DNA from: Tetramitus jugosus
Taxonomy: Eukaryota > Protista > Heterolobosea
Reading direction: 5' to 3'
DNA: 64,000 nt
Assembly (NCBI GenBank): GCA_937625935.1
Contig: OW569373.1
Span: 248,001 to 312,000, forward strand
The notes under the pieces were generated by a model that was not told where the DNA came from, made no database searches, and saw only the letters and a program-made list of their open reading frames with translations. The position numbers and the translations under genes were made by a program. Shown one piece after another: positions 21,340 through 33,282 of the stretch. The stretch's first letter is position 1; every line of letters begins with the position of its first letter.

Positions 21340-22623
21340 ATGCAAAAACAAGGCAAAGTTCTACAGCGTTTGGCGCAACAACACTGCAGCAACAATCACT
21401 ACAAGAGATATGCAGCGTCATCTGTCCCACCATCCATGATGACCACAATCAAGAGACTGTACACTTCTAATGAAAATCTTCAAAAAAACATTGCAAGGGA
21501 TTTTCCGTCCGTGACGAGTCAACAAACAACTCCTCCACCCAAGGGCTCATCCATCAATCTCAGTGCTCCATTCGATGATTTGAAAAGAGCAGGTTATGAG
21601 ACAAGAGGTGATCAACTCGCAAAGCGCATTTCTTTCAAGCCAAGCACCGTCCCTAGTAGTATGACAGTGTTTAGTATGTTGACTTCGTTGCCAATGATTG
21701 TTGGATCTGGCATTTTTGCTGCTTCAGCAACTCCCAAGGAAACAACAACAACAACTGTGACAACAACGACAACTACTTCAGCTGCTCAAGCATCATCAGA
21801 GCAAACACAGGAATCATGGGTCGATTCCATTGTGGGCATCTCTCATGATGCACTCATCAATTATCAATTGAATTATGCAGCATTGTTGCTGGTCGCTTAT
21901 GGTGGTGTTCATTTGGGACTCAACTATGGTGCCTATCACGCTCCACCGAGGGATCAACAAGTCATTGTCGATACGCAGTATGCAGCAGAGGTTGAGAAAA
22001 AGAAAATGGAGGAACAAGCGTTGCAATCCAAGATGGTATCCTCAGAGACCAATAGAGATCGTGCAGATTTCATTTCTAGGTCTCAATACTCTCCTGATTC
22101 TTCTGCTGGCTGGAAGAGAATGGTGCTGGCCTTGTATCCAATTGGTATTGCATTTGCTAGCTTGGGTGTTCCCGTTTTGCCTGCGTCTGTCTTTTTAATG
22201 TTGGGTCACATTGTGTCTGCTGCCGTGGACATTTCTGCTTCCTATCAGGGATTGGCACCCATCTGGTATCCTGCAATGAGGTTTACATTTTGTCTCATTG
22301 TTTGTGCCAGTTTGGCCCTCAGTGTCTTCTTCTACATATTTACGAGTGCTATGGAAACAATTGAAAAGAAAACGGAACAATTGAATCAAACAACTGTCTC
22401 TGGGGCATCCCACAAGGATGGAACAACTACCACGGATGGAGAAATATCCAAGTGGAGGAGTGCTCGACAACACAGACCAAAGATTGACTTGATAGAGAGG
22501 AAAGAATCTGAACTAACTGCTAGCAAGAAGAAGGGGAAGACACAACTTTCGGAAGATGATGACGATGAAGATTTTGAAGATGATATTGACTTTGAGGCTG
22601 AATTGAAGAAGATAAAGATGTAA
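21340..22623 (+). CDS. TMEM69/DUF3429-like membrane protein with probable mitochondrial presequence
   Basis: Basic Ser/Thr-rich N-terminus; 'YQLNYAALLLVAYGGVHLG' and 'GLAPIWYPAMRFTF' match the DUF3429 pattern. Confidence 0.7.
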   Translation: MQKQGKVLQRLAQQHCSNNHYKRYAASSVPPSMMTTIKRLYTSNENLQKNIARDFPSVTSQQTTPPPKGSSINLSAPFDDLKRAGYETRGDQLAKRISFKPSTVPSSMTVFSMLTSLPMIVGSGIFAASATPKETTTTTVTTTTTTSAAQASSEQTQESWVDSIVGISHDALINYQLNYAALLLVAYGGVHLGLNYGAYHAPPRDQQVIVDTQYAAEVEKKKMEEQALQSKMVSSETNRDRADFISRSQYSPDSSAGWKRMVLALYPIGIAFASLGVPVLPASVFLMLGHIVSAAVDISASYQGLAPIWYPAMRFTFCLIVCASLALSVFFYIFTSAMETIEKKTEQLNQTTVSGASHKDGTTTTDGEISKWRSARQHRPKIDLIERKESELTASKKKGKTQLSEDDDDEDFEDDIDFEAELKKIKM

Positions 22624-22665
22624 ATGATGCATGACTTTGAGGAATGACTTTATGCTAAACTACTA

Positions 22666-22872
22666 CTAAAGACCATAGCGTCCTAGTTGCTTTCTGTCCC
22701 AAACATTTGTTGAAGGAATCTGTTTCACCTTGATTAACTTGTTGCCACGTTCATCAACTTCTACAACATCATTGATCTCTTCCTCTTGTTGTGGTTCCTT
22801 ACTTGTGGGGTTTTCTTGTTTTTTCTCAACTGGTTGATTACCTGTATTCTTCTGGGATGCTGATTCTGTCAT
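22666..22872 (-). CDS. Small hypothetical hydrophilic protein (68 aa)
   Basis: ATG 22872 MTESASQKNT...STNVWDRKQLGRYGL, preceded by an A-rich leader like neighbouring genes. No recognised family. Confidence 0.45.
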   Translation of the reverse strand: MTESASQKNTGNQPVEKKQENPTSKEPQQEEEINDVVEVDERGNKLIKVKQIPSTNVWDRKQLGRYGL

Positions 22873-23152
22873 GATGTTCGTACTTCGTTTCGTTTTTCTT
22901 TGATTGTTTGAATACAAAACATCTGAACAGTATTTATGAAGAGAGAACTCTATTTTTGTTCTGCAAAAGGAGTTGTAATCCAATGATGCGAACACGTCTT
23001 GTTCTTCGGTCAATACATGATCATGTCCACCCGCAAGTTCCAAGAGCCCCCTTGGAAACAACCACTCGACTTGTTGACATTGTTTTCTGACAACAACAAC
23101 CTCTCAAAAAAACAAACAACAACAACCAACCACTAATATTATCCCAATCGAC

Positions 23153-24721
23153 ATGACAACCATTGATAATTCACAATATCTGCACTTGATTCCTCCTCAG
23201 GATCAACTCGGTCACTTTATCAACAATCAAATCATCATCAACAACAACAACAACAATCATTCTCGATTCATCCATATCATCTCACCCAACAATGAACAAT
23301 TGTTGTGCAGAGTTCCCTGCGGCACAGTCAATGATGTCAACATGGCTGTTCAAGCAGCTCATGATGCATTCTATCCAGATAACAACCACACTAGCAACAA
23401 CAATTACATTCCTATCAGTTCATCATGGAAACACATGAGCGTACCACACAGAAGACAATTGCTCATTCAGTTTGTTCAATTGTGGAAAGAGCACTCGAGA
23501 GAGTTGGCACACTTGGAATCATTGAACAATGGTTCTTCCATCAACACACAATCCTTCATTGTCAATGATTTGGAGAAGGAAATGTGGTATCACATTGGTC
23601 AAATGGACAAGTTGGGTGGATCGTTGGCTGTGAGTCTATCGGATCAAGCAAGTGACGAGTATCATGTGTTTAATCGATTGGAGCCCATTGGTGTCTGCGG
23701 TATTATTGTTCCCTGGAATTTGCCTCTGTGGTGTCTCATGGTCAAAGTGTTGCCTGCTCTCTGTTGTGGTAACACGTTGGTTGTCAAGCCGAGTGAGTGC
23801 ACTCCGTTGACTGCACTGTTTGTGGCAAAACTGTTCAAGTTGGCTGGTTTTCCACCTGGCGTGTTCAATGTAGTCAATGGTTATGGTGCAGATGTGGGAC
23901 AGGCGTTGAGCAGTCATCCATTGGTGAGAAAGATTGCATTTACGGGTAGTACGTTGGTTGGACGACACATTATGAAGAGTGCAGCAGACTCCAATCTCAA
24001 GAAGATTCAATTGGAGTTGGGTGGCAAGAGTCCTGTAGTTGTCTTCCCTGATGTCAATGTGAAGGAAGCTGTGAAGATTGCCCTGTTTGCCATCTTTAAC
24101 AACAATGGTCAATTGTGTACAGCTGGATCCAGGTGCTTTGTGCATGAAGCCATCTATGATGAGTTTGTCAAGGAGGCTGCCATTCAAGTCAATCAGATGA
24201 CTATTGGGTCTCAAATGGATCCAAACACGACCATTGGTCCACTGATCAACAAGACACAATTCGACAAGGTGTTAAAGTATATTCAAACCGGAATACAGGA
24301 GGGTGGCAAGATGATTTGTGGAAGTACTCAGCGTGCTAGACCTGTGGGCTACTTTGTTCAACCGACCATCTTCACTGATTTGAGTCATGAGACCAGCACG
24401 TTGGCAAGAGAAGAGATTTTTGGTCCTGTCCTCTGTGTTTTCAAGTTCTCTGACAAGGAAGAAGTGATCAAGAGAGCAAACGATTCCGAGTATGGCCTCG
24501 CATCCGCTGTGATTACCAAGAATATCAATTTGGCTCTCGAGATGAGTTATCGATTAGAAGCAGGAAGTGTCTGGATCAACCACTATCACAACACTCAAGC
24601 CAACACCACATTTGGAGGTTACAAGCAATCAGGTATTGGACGAGAAGGAGGTGAAGAAGGCATTAAGGCCTGGACCAACTCCAAATCTGTCTTTATCCCA
24701 AAAATGAGCTCTGCTCTCTAG
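23153..24721 (+). CDS. NAD-dependent aldehyde dehydrogenase (ALDH1/2-like)
   Basis: 'EPIGVCGIIVPWN', 'FTGSTLVG', 'LELGGKSP', catalytic Cys 'GQLCTAG', 'EEIFGPV', 'FGGYKQSGIGRE'. Confidence 0.95.
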   Translation: MTTIDNSQYLHLIPPQDQLGHFINNQIIINNNNNNHSRFIHIISPNNEQLLCRVPCGTVNDVNMAVQAAHDAFYPDNNHTSNNNYIPISSSWKHMSVPHRRQLLIQFVQLWKEHSRELAHLESLNNGSSINTQSFIVNDLEKEMWYHIGQMDKLGGSLAVSLSDQASDEYHVFNRLEPIGVCGIIVPWNLPLWCLMVKVLPALCCGNTLVVKPSECTPLTALFVAKLFKLAGFPPGVFNVVNGYGADVGQALSSHPLVRKIAFTGSTLVGRHIMKSAADSNLKKIQLELGGKSPVVVFPDVNVKEAVKIALFAIFNNNGQLCTAGSRCFVHEAIYDEFVKEAAIQVNQMTIGSQMDPNTTIGPLINKTQFDKVLKYIQTGIQEGGKMICGSTQRARPVGYFVQPTIFTDLSHETSTLAREEIFGPVLCVFKFSDKEEVIKRANDSEYGLASAVITKNINLALEMSYRLEAGSVWINHYHNTQANTTFGGYKQSGIGREGGEEGIKAWTNSKSVFIPKMSSAL

Positions 24722-24828
24722 CTTCGCTTTAATACAAAAATCGATAGTATTTTCCCGCGCAAAATTTTTTCACGATCAAACAACAGAAAACGCTTTTGTG
24801 AAAACAAAGACACACTCACAAAACGAAC

Positions 24829-26568
24829 ATGTCTGATCTATTGAATGCCTTCTTTGCGCAATCACATCATGCTCAAGCGTCATCCATAGACAACACTTCC
24901 AACAATCCAAATTCTGCCAGCAGCAGTGGTGCTGGTGGCAGTAATGCTGCCAACTCTCGTCTCCAACAACAACAATTGTACATTCAAAACTTTTTGTTGA
25001 ATCATGGTGTGAACGATCTAGAGAACACTGAATCAAAGCTCTTTAAAAAATTGCTTTATCAACTCATGATCCAGTAAGTGTTTTTGATACATGCAAACTC
25101 TCTACTGTGATTTTGATTCAAAATTTTTGATTTGACACACTTATTTTTATTGCGTACACAGTCAATTGATGAATGATGGATTCATTGGTGCTGCCAACTA
25201 TGTTGCAGATGCCACCATGACACCTCCTAGTGCCACTCTTCAGAAAACTCCAGATCGATTGAGTGAGCTCGTATTGCTGGGCACACAGGCAGAAAAAATG
25301 AAACAACAGGATTTGCAAATTTCAGAGCTAAACTCTATTAGGGATGAAGATGAGATGGCCATGCGTGATTCTTCACTGTTGGACGATGAGAGACACTTGT
25401 CATTTGATACGAGGTTTATTACGACGCACAAGGGACCTTGCAGAACAGCAAAATTTACTCTGGATGGAAAGTTGGTTGTCACTGGAAGTGGTGATTGTTC
25501 ACTAAAGTTGTTGGACGTGGAGAAGATGCATTCTCATCATCAGACAAAGGCAGAAGTGGAGGATATTACGGCAGCGAGACCAGTGATTCGAACATTTTAT
25601 GATCATACAGATGTACGTGTGTTATTATTAACTGATGATGCTGTTTTAGTTTATTTGTGTGTTGGTCTTCGTCGGTTGTTGTTGTTGTTATTTTGGTTGT
25701 TTTTCTTCCTTGACTGACATGTTTGATTGATAATCATTTCATTTGTTTGTTGTTGTTGTTGTTGCTTGTGGTCCGTTGGATGACAAAGGCAATCAATGAT
25801 GTGGACATTCATCCTACGTTGCCTGTCGTGGCCAGTGCCAGTGCAGATTGTACAGTGAAATTCTTTGACTATACGAAAACAAGTGTCAAAAAGTCGTTTA
25901 AACAGATTACCGAAACGCACAATGTACGAACAATTCACATTCATCCCAGTGGTGACTATATATTACTGGGAACGGATCATAATCACGTTCGAATCTATGA
26001 TTTGTCTAATATGCAATGCTATACGTCTCCTAATCCACAGGATCATCACTTTGGTCCCATCAATCAAGTTCGTTTCTCTCCCGATGGTAAATTATATGTG
26101 TCTGGTAGCAAGGATGGCGCAATCAAGATTTGGGATGGTGTCACAGGTCGATGTGTAAACACTATACCGAATGCTCATTCCGGTCAAGTGTATTCCACAC
26201 AGTTTTCAATGAACGGAAAGTACATGTTGAGTAATGGACAAGACTTTGTTGCAAAACTGTGGGATTTGTCAACTGGAAGACAAGTACGAACATATGCCGC
26301 TTCCAAGAAATCGATTAAAACGGAGACATCGGAACAGAAACCGGAAAGAATACAGACATGCTTCAATTATAATGAAACCTCAGTGTTGACATCAGAAGGC
26401 AGTGATGTCGTGATTTGGGATACGAGACAAGGCAGAGTTCTTCATCGGTTGGGTGGTCACAATAAGAATGTGCGCTGGGTTGCTCCATCTCCTGTTGAGC
26501 ATGCCTTCATGTCATGCAGCGAAGATCAGAGAGCTCGTTTCTGGGCCGCTGACAAAACTCTTGTCTGA
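24829..26568 (+). CDS. CSTF1: Cleavage stimulation factor 50 kDa subunit, WD40 (3 exons; introns 25074-25161 and 25613-25788)
   Basis: Splicing gives 'LYQLMIHQLMNDGF' (dimerisation domain), 'FITTHKGPCR..TGSGDCSLKLLDVE', 'RPVIRTFYDHTD|AINDVDIHP', ending 'CSEDQRARFW'. Confidence 0.9.
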
Positions 26569-26631
26569 ATAAACTTTTTTGAGATCTCAAGTCAGTTCGA
26601 AAAACACAAACATCTTTTGATCAATAGTAAC

Positions 26632-27174
26632 ATGTTGTCTCCAAATCAAAAATGTCAGATGGTTGTCCATCTGCTCAAAGGCAACAAATTGTTTCCCAAT
26701 AATAACAGGTTTCCGCTGCTCATCTACAAATCAGTGTTTTCTGATCAGAATGCCGAGACGATTGCTCAAAGTTTTGAAAGCACTCTGAGAAAGAATGGCT
26801 GGACTCCTCTCTGGAGAGATATCATTTATCCATATGCTCACTATCACAGCACTTCTCATGAGGGATTAGGGATATTTAAGGGTTCTTGTGTCGTGCAATT
26901 TGGTGGCGAAGAAGGAGTGACGGAAACAGTGGATGCAGGAGATTATGTTCTGATACCTGCAGGTGTGTCACATAAGAGCTTACAACAGACGGATGATTTC
27001 CAGGCCGTCGGATCTTATCCGAATGATGGATCATGTGTGGATATGAACTATGGGAAACCCAATGAAAGACCATCTGCCGATGAACATATTGCGGGAGTAG
27101 TTGTGCCTGACACGGACCCTTTGTTTGGCAGTGATGGACCCATGTTTAAGTATTGGCCAACGAGCAGGCACTAA
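26632..27174 (+). CDS. Cupin-domain protein (bacterial YjlB-like)
   Basis: 'FPNNNRFPLLIYK', 'NGW...WRDIIYPYAHYHSTSHEGLG', 'GDYVLIPAGVSHK', 'PDTDPLFGSDGP'. Confidence 0.8.
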   Translation: MLSPNQKCQMVVHLLKGNKLFPNNNRFPLLIYKSVFSDQNAETIAQSFESTLRKNGWTPLWRDIIYPYAHYHSTSHEGLGIFKGSCVVQFGGEEGVTETVDAGDYVLIPAGVSHKSLQQTDDFQAVGSYPNDGSCVDMNYGKPNERPSADEHIAGVVVPDTDPLFGSDGPMFKYWPTSRH

Positions 27175-27283
27175 AATATTGATTTGATGTCACACTGACT
27201 ACCATCGGGTTAACTTGGTCTTAAGTTGGATGGTGGTTTATTATAAAACTGAATTCTCATCCAGAGACATCCGAGTTAGGAGA

Positions 27284-30200
27284 TTATTTCCACAATCTCG
27301 AAGTGTGAATCTTGATCTCCGCAATCTTTGAACGACTCACATCGAAGATTGGTAAACTCACTGGTCTGCCTTCAAGTTCATTGGAGAGCGCATCGCTCAC
27401 AGTAAATGATACAGCAGCGAGCAGTGGATGTCTCATCTTCAAAGGTCCATCATGATTCAACATTTGGAGGGAGAATACTTCATCTGGAGAATCGACCACA
27501 AAGTCAAACACTTCGTTGAACACTGGATTAGATGTCTTGTTATGAGTTTTGGTTGAGAAACTTTGCTTTTTCTTCTTCTTTGTTTGGCTCTTCATCTTTA
27601 ACTTAATGTAGGGATTAAGAGTCGTTGTTTGACCATAAACTGTTGCTTCAAGCACTTCAATACGCACATGAGTTGGAGCTGGGGGAATAAAGCATCGATA
27701 GAATTGTTCTTCTGACACAAATCTTCCAGCTGGTGTAATGTTCCAACCATTGGCCGTATAGGTCAAAAGTGCCAAAAGAACAAACTCTGATGGATTTTCT
27801 TGTTCGTATTCTGATGCTTCATCGTCACTAAAATCAAAAACATTTGGAACTTCATCCATATTGACCTTGGATGCCGGATTAGTACCAATAAATACAGATC
27901 CTTCACAATTCACTCGACAAATCTCTTTGCAGGTCTGCTTCTCACAGAAGCGCACGTACACTGTGTCTGCAGCACTGAGATACGATCGGGAGCGTGCTCG
28001 AACTGTAATTGCATAGTATCTGATGGGACTGGTTTTACCCGTGCGGATGATACCAAATTGCTCGTCATCAGTTCCATGTGCCGCCATCAACTGTCTGAAA
28101 GGGTAATATTGGAGAGTCTTGAACTTATCGCTGTGACAATCTAGATCACACAAGAAGGAACCACATGGATTGTACAGCTCAACATTCAATTCTAACACAT
28201 GATTTGATTTCGATTTTTCAACTCCCACACCAACAAGCAAGTCCAAACAATCAATGTTTGTGCTAGCAGAAACGGTCGAAGAGTCTGTATTGCCATACAA
28301 TTGTTTGACCGATGGAGACTCAGCAATATTCAAATATTTTGATACACTACGAACAAATCTTGTTTGTTTGATACGTCGCGCATCACTCAGCCTGCCACTA
28401 GGAGATTTGAAGAAGATGTTTTGATCATCACATTTGAAAGTCCAAGTATTGTTCTCTGTCAGAGTGAGTTGTGCTAAAAGTGTTCCATTTGTATCCACAC
28501 TGTAGTCTGTGGTACCATCAACGTTATATACATTAGATAATTGGCAAGAGGATAGCGCGTTTCTATCGCTAATGTTCCAAGCTCGGATCACATTGCTCCA
28601 TTCTTGCTCAATGATATATCGGTCATCATCCAATGGATCATCTTCGATCCATTCCTTAAAGGTTGCGACCCAAACAACATGATGAACCTTATCGGCCTGC
28701 AACTTCTCCAAATTATACCTTAAGAAGGATGTAGCAGAGATTAACATCTCAGGTGTTTCCTTATCTGAGCCTGCAAAGGACATATCAGATAGTTGAATAC
28801 TCATCTTTCTCTGATTGAGATCCTGTTTCTCTTTAACATTGATAACTTTAGTGTGTCGCACTTCTCCATATTGACCAAACTCATAGCATGAAATATCCTT
28901 CAAATTTTTGATACACGTAAAATCGATTCCAATATTGGCAATATCCATATCAGGAGTAATGGCAAAAGTTTTTTTCTTCGCGCTATCCTCAATACCTGAA
29001 TCAATCTCAAATGAGCTGAGTAGAGGTATTTGTACCGGCTCAGGATTCTTGTCAATGTACTTTGCAATTTGAGAGCGAAGCTTTGGATGGAATAGACCGT
29101 GACTTCCCTCAGACAACTCGCCAATGGGTACCAGAGTCCAATCATCAGACCCCATACGAGTCATCTTTAGTGTAATGAGAGAATAGAACTTGGAACCTGA
29201 TATGGTTGCAGCATCTGGTAGACCATATTTAAACAACTCAACTCCATTCCTAGTCGATAGTCTGACATAGGGATTTCTCAAATCACTGAAACCATGGAAC
29301 TCTGATGTCGAGTTAGCCACTACAACCAATATGATACTGGTCACATTTTTTTCAATCTCACCCAATTGCACAGCAAGTGCTCTATCTGTTCTTCCACCCT
29401 TCCTCTTGTAATCCTTTGGATAATAGGTACATCCTCTGACTTTGGATGAACTTCTCTGATCTACAAAACTAATCTTGTGACCATATTTGCCAAACATGAC
29501 CATGTTGGCACTCAAGAAGAATTGGCTGTGAAGTTGATCCTGCTTGGTGTCCCATCCCAATCCCAACTCTAAGTAATCGTTTACATAGGGAGATAAGGAA
29601 AGATTGGAAGCATTATTGTTTGATAAGTCTGGTGCATGAGATTGATCATCTGTCGTTTCATCATTATTGGAGTCGCTCTTTTCGTCGTCGTATTGATCTT
29701 CGACAGCATTCGTGGCTGCGTGACTCGTCATGTGAGAAGCATCGCTCATCTCCTCCATCTTTTTCAGGTACTCGTTTACTAGTTTTCTATTTCGTGGATT
29801 CTTAATAATGGTCTCGGTCAATGGATCCAACACATAGGGCAACTTGTCTGGATTAATCATATCCCTGATTTCATTGACAATTGTCTCTCTCATAATGTGA
29901 CGTCTATCTTCATGTGGTTTCAACTCGGGCTGCACACCAGCATTCGTCGTCTTCTTTTTTCTATTGACAGCTCGATGCTTCTTCAACAATCGTTGTTCCT
30001 TGTTGAACGTTTCGAGAACCTTGTGCTCCAACCGATCACACAATGTTCTATAAATTTGATAGGGCAGTACGGAGCTGCTCAACACATTGGCAAATCCATC
30101 GAGAAAATGACGGTCAATGATCCATTCATTCAACACGTGCAATCTCCATGCATCTTGCTCTCTATTGTACAGGAAGAGATAGGGTACGATTGCGTTGTGC

Positions 30201-30829
30201 TTTGGTGACTTTTCAGAGTTTAACATGGACTCGTGCACGAACACGTGATCGCCCACAGTCCTCTTCTCATCACCATGTTCCTCATCGTCAATAGTCGTGT
30301 CATCATCTCTCCTGACTTGTACTCTCACAAGTTGACAATCCTTGAAATGAGATCCCTGATGACATGAAACATAAAATAATATACATGATGACGATTTGAC
30401 TTGATCCAACGAAACTGTAATCATCTCATTGCACAAGTGCGATTTGTTTGATGAGAGATAGGGTATACCGATGCGATCATCACCCGAATGTCTCACTCCA
30501 TCAATCATCAACTTGTTATAGTGTACAACTAGAGTGATATTGAACGAGTCCGGAGGATAAAAGTAAGTAAAACAATAATAAAATTTGTTGATTGTTGTTA
30601 GTACTTGTGTGACAAGCAAGATATGGTTCATCTGTGAGACACAGAATGATTACATACTGTTGGTAATGTTAGTATCGTCATCCAACAATATACAACTCAG
30701 ATCCAAATCTGATGCCTTGCATGGTGAACAGATCCATTGTAAACCGACTTGAAAAGTATCTGATGATTGAAAAGTAAAGGAATCAGGTACCTTATCCTGC
30801 CCCATGAATGAGGGAGTGATAGGAGTCAT
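27284..30829 (-). CDS. Multi-TerD-domain protein with C-terminal C2 domain (2 exons; intron 30529-30657)
   Basis: An upstream exon from ATG 30829 spliced to the long ORF gives 'VGLQW..DLDLSCILLD..IVHYNKL..GVRHSGDDR' (TerD); further TerD-like repeats ('LGLGWD..'); C2 'VRIEVLEA..NPYIKL..TKTHNKTSNPVFNEVFDF'. Confidence 0.75.
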
Positions 30830-31502
30830 GGCTTTTGAAGAAAAAAGTTGTTGTGTTCTTGTTGTTTCCTCGCCTCAAACACTTAAGAACAAATCGTCAT
30901 GTCACATGCTTCGTTTGATTCGCAGCGAATGACGTTTGACAAGGGATTTCGGCGTTTTTTTTAGCTTCATTGGTTTGATTGAACAGAGAAAAACTCAACA
31001 TGATGTTTCCCAAATTGATTTGGTGAGAGAAATATTTGTTTGCAATTTAGCTCGAACAATGACCTTGAGTTGGAAACATGTATCAACTAGCTAATTTCTC
31101 AACTAGTTGTCTTGAAAACGCAGGAGCGAGGCATCTGGGAAAGGCATGTGACAACAGTGAACCCTATACTACTTGAACAGTGGTCACTCCTGGAGGAAAC
31201 ACTCTGTTCGCTTGACCAATACGGTTACAATTTTTACCTGTTTGGGTCACTGTAAAAAATTGTAAACGAACGATGCCTGTTCAAAAGGTGTCAAGTTCTT
31301 TCTTTGAGCAACCTTCTCACCAATCAAATCAAAAATTAACAGCAGTCCCAAACAAAGTACAGCCCTTTCGAAAGCGGCAGCGTCTTCCTTCCATCACGCA
31401 CAAACACACAGAAGACATTGAGCTATATCATCGGTATTCTTCACAACTCGTACAAACAACAACAATAAGAAAAATAGCAACAAACAACAAGACACAAGAA
31501 AA

Positions 31503-33240
31503 ATGACCATTACAAAGTTTCGTGTCCTGATTGGAAATTTTTCTTGCAAGGGACTGCCAGCTGCTGATTCCAATGGGTTATCCGACCCTTATATCGTCGG
31601 TGATTTTGACAATTATAGAACCTTCAAGACTCCCAAAATCAACAAGACGTTGAATCCTGTGTGGACTGATTTTAGCACTCAATTCTTTTATGAGACAAAA
31701 TATGGGAGAAAGCTACACTTGAAATTCTTAAAGTTTGATGTGTATGATCATGACATGTTCTCCAAAGATGACTATTGTGAGTGTCTCCTTTTAACTGTGT
31801 GTTGTTGTCGTCATTTATTTGATTTCGCATGAAAATGCTAAAAAGCTAACTCTACATGTCTTTTGTGTGTGATTCATAGTGGGTCAAGCCAAAATTGATT
31901 TGTACACGTTAGCAACAGGACCGATCCATCATGAGCTAACACTAAAGGATGGTAGCAAGGATGCTGGTATCATTCGATTCGATGTTCGAATGGAAGAATA
32001 CTCTGAAGTTACTGTGAGTTGGTCAAGTATTCGTATTCAAGATATTCAGTTCTCTACATCAGGTGGTGACAACAAAAATGCAATCAATTCCTTTGTCTCC
32101 ATGACAAGCATAAACAAGAAGCAACAGAGCAAGGTGAAATCGGAACAATATCCAGACTCGAAGAATCCATCATGGAAATCGTGGCCTAGTATCGTGTTCC
32201 CAGAGATGAGTCTTCGTGAGTTGCTGAATGATGGTGTTGTGATGAAATTGAAGCACAAGTCTGCTCTAAAGAATACGGAGATTGGTACATGCACCATATC
32301 ATTTCAAAAGTTCTTTTGCAATGAAGATGGCGCTCCAGTGGTCGTCAAGGGATTCTTTGTTGACGGTTCACGTGCTGTTGTTGCCAAGTTTAGAGCTACT
32401 GCCACATTTACCGGCCTTCCTGCTTATGCACAAATGGTGAAGGGCGAGAATGTGAATGGAGTTTGCACGGGGACACCGTTGATCCCAAATGCCTATGTAC
32501 CTGATGGATACAAGGAGATGACACCACCTGCGATTGACATTCACAATCAATCGCAGCCGCAATTACACAGACACTACTCTGTTACCAGTCCAATCCCTCC
32601 AACGAATGCTCTTCCAAGAGCAAACTCGATGCCTCCACAACAAAATGCTTCACCATCGACCCCTTATCCAGCTTCATCATCGGCTTCTATTCCAGTTTTG
32701 CCACCTGGATGGGAGATGAAGATTCACGCAAATGGTCGTTCATTTTATGTAGATCACAACACTAGGACAACACATTGGAATCCACCTACAATAGCGAACA
32801 GCCCAATACCGACGACACCAGTGACTACGAATATTTCTCCTGTGGTTTATTCACAACCAGCTACTTCTTCCTCTGAGTTACCATTACCAAATGGCTGGGA
32901 GGCACGATATGACGACAGAGGACGCAAATACTTTGTTAATCATGCAGAGAAGAAAACACAATGGGAAAATCCTAGAGAACAAGTCAACAAACCAACAACT
33001 CTACCTCCTGGATGGGAAAGCAGAACAGATCCAGCAACTGGAAAACAATTTTTCATTGATCATAACACAAAAACAACACATTGGACAGCTCCTGTAATGG
33101 CTGTGTCTTCGCCAACCTCTCCACCTGTTGAGAAGCAGCTGCCACCTGGCTGGGAGATCAAGTATGATGACAGAGATCGCAGATACTTTGTAAATCACCT
33201 GGAAAAGAAGACACAGTGGGAAGATCCCAGAGCAGCCTAA
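31503..33240 (+). CDS. C2-C2-(WW)4 domain protein (2 exons; intron 31777-31879)
   Basis: C2 'GLPAADSNGLSDPY..KTLNPVW..VYDHDMFSKDDY|LG'; four WW repeats 'LPPGWE....GR.FYVDHN...T.W..P'. Confidence 0.88.
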
Positions 33241-33282
33241 TGAACACCCCATTTTTGTAAATAATTTGAATTATTCATTCCT

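Noticed and set aside
32700-33240. Repeated ~100-bp units resembling an array
   Set aside because: These are WW-domain coding repeats, not a CRISPR array or DNA repeat.
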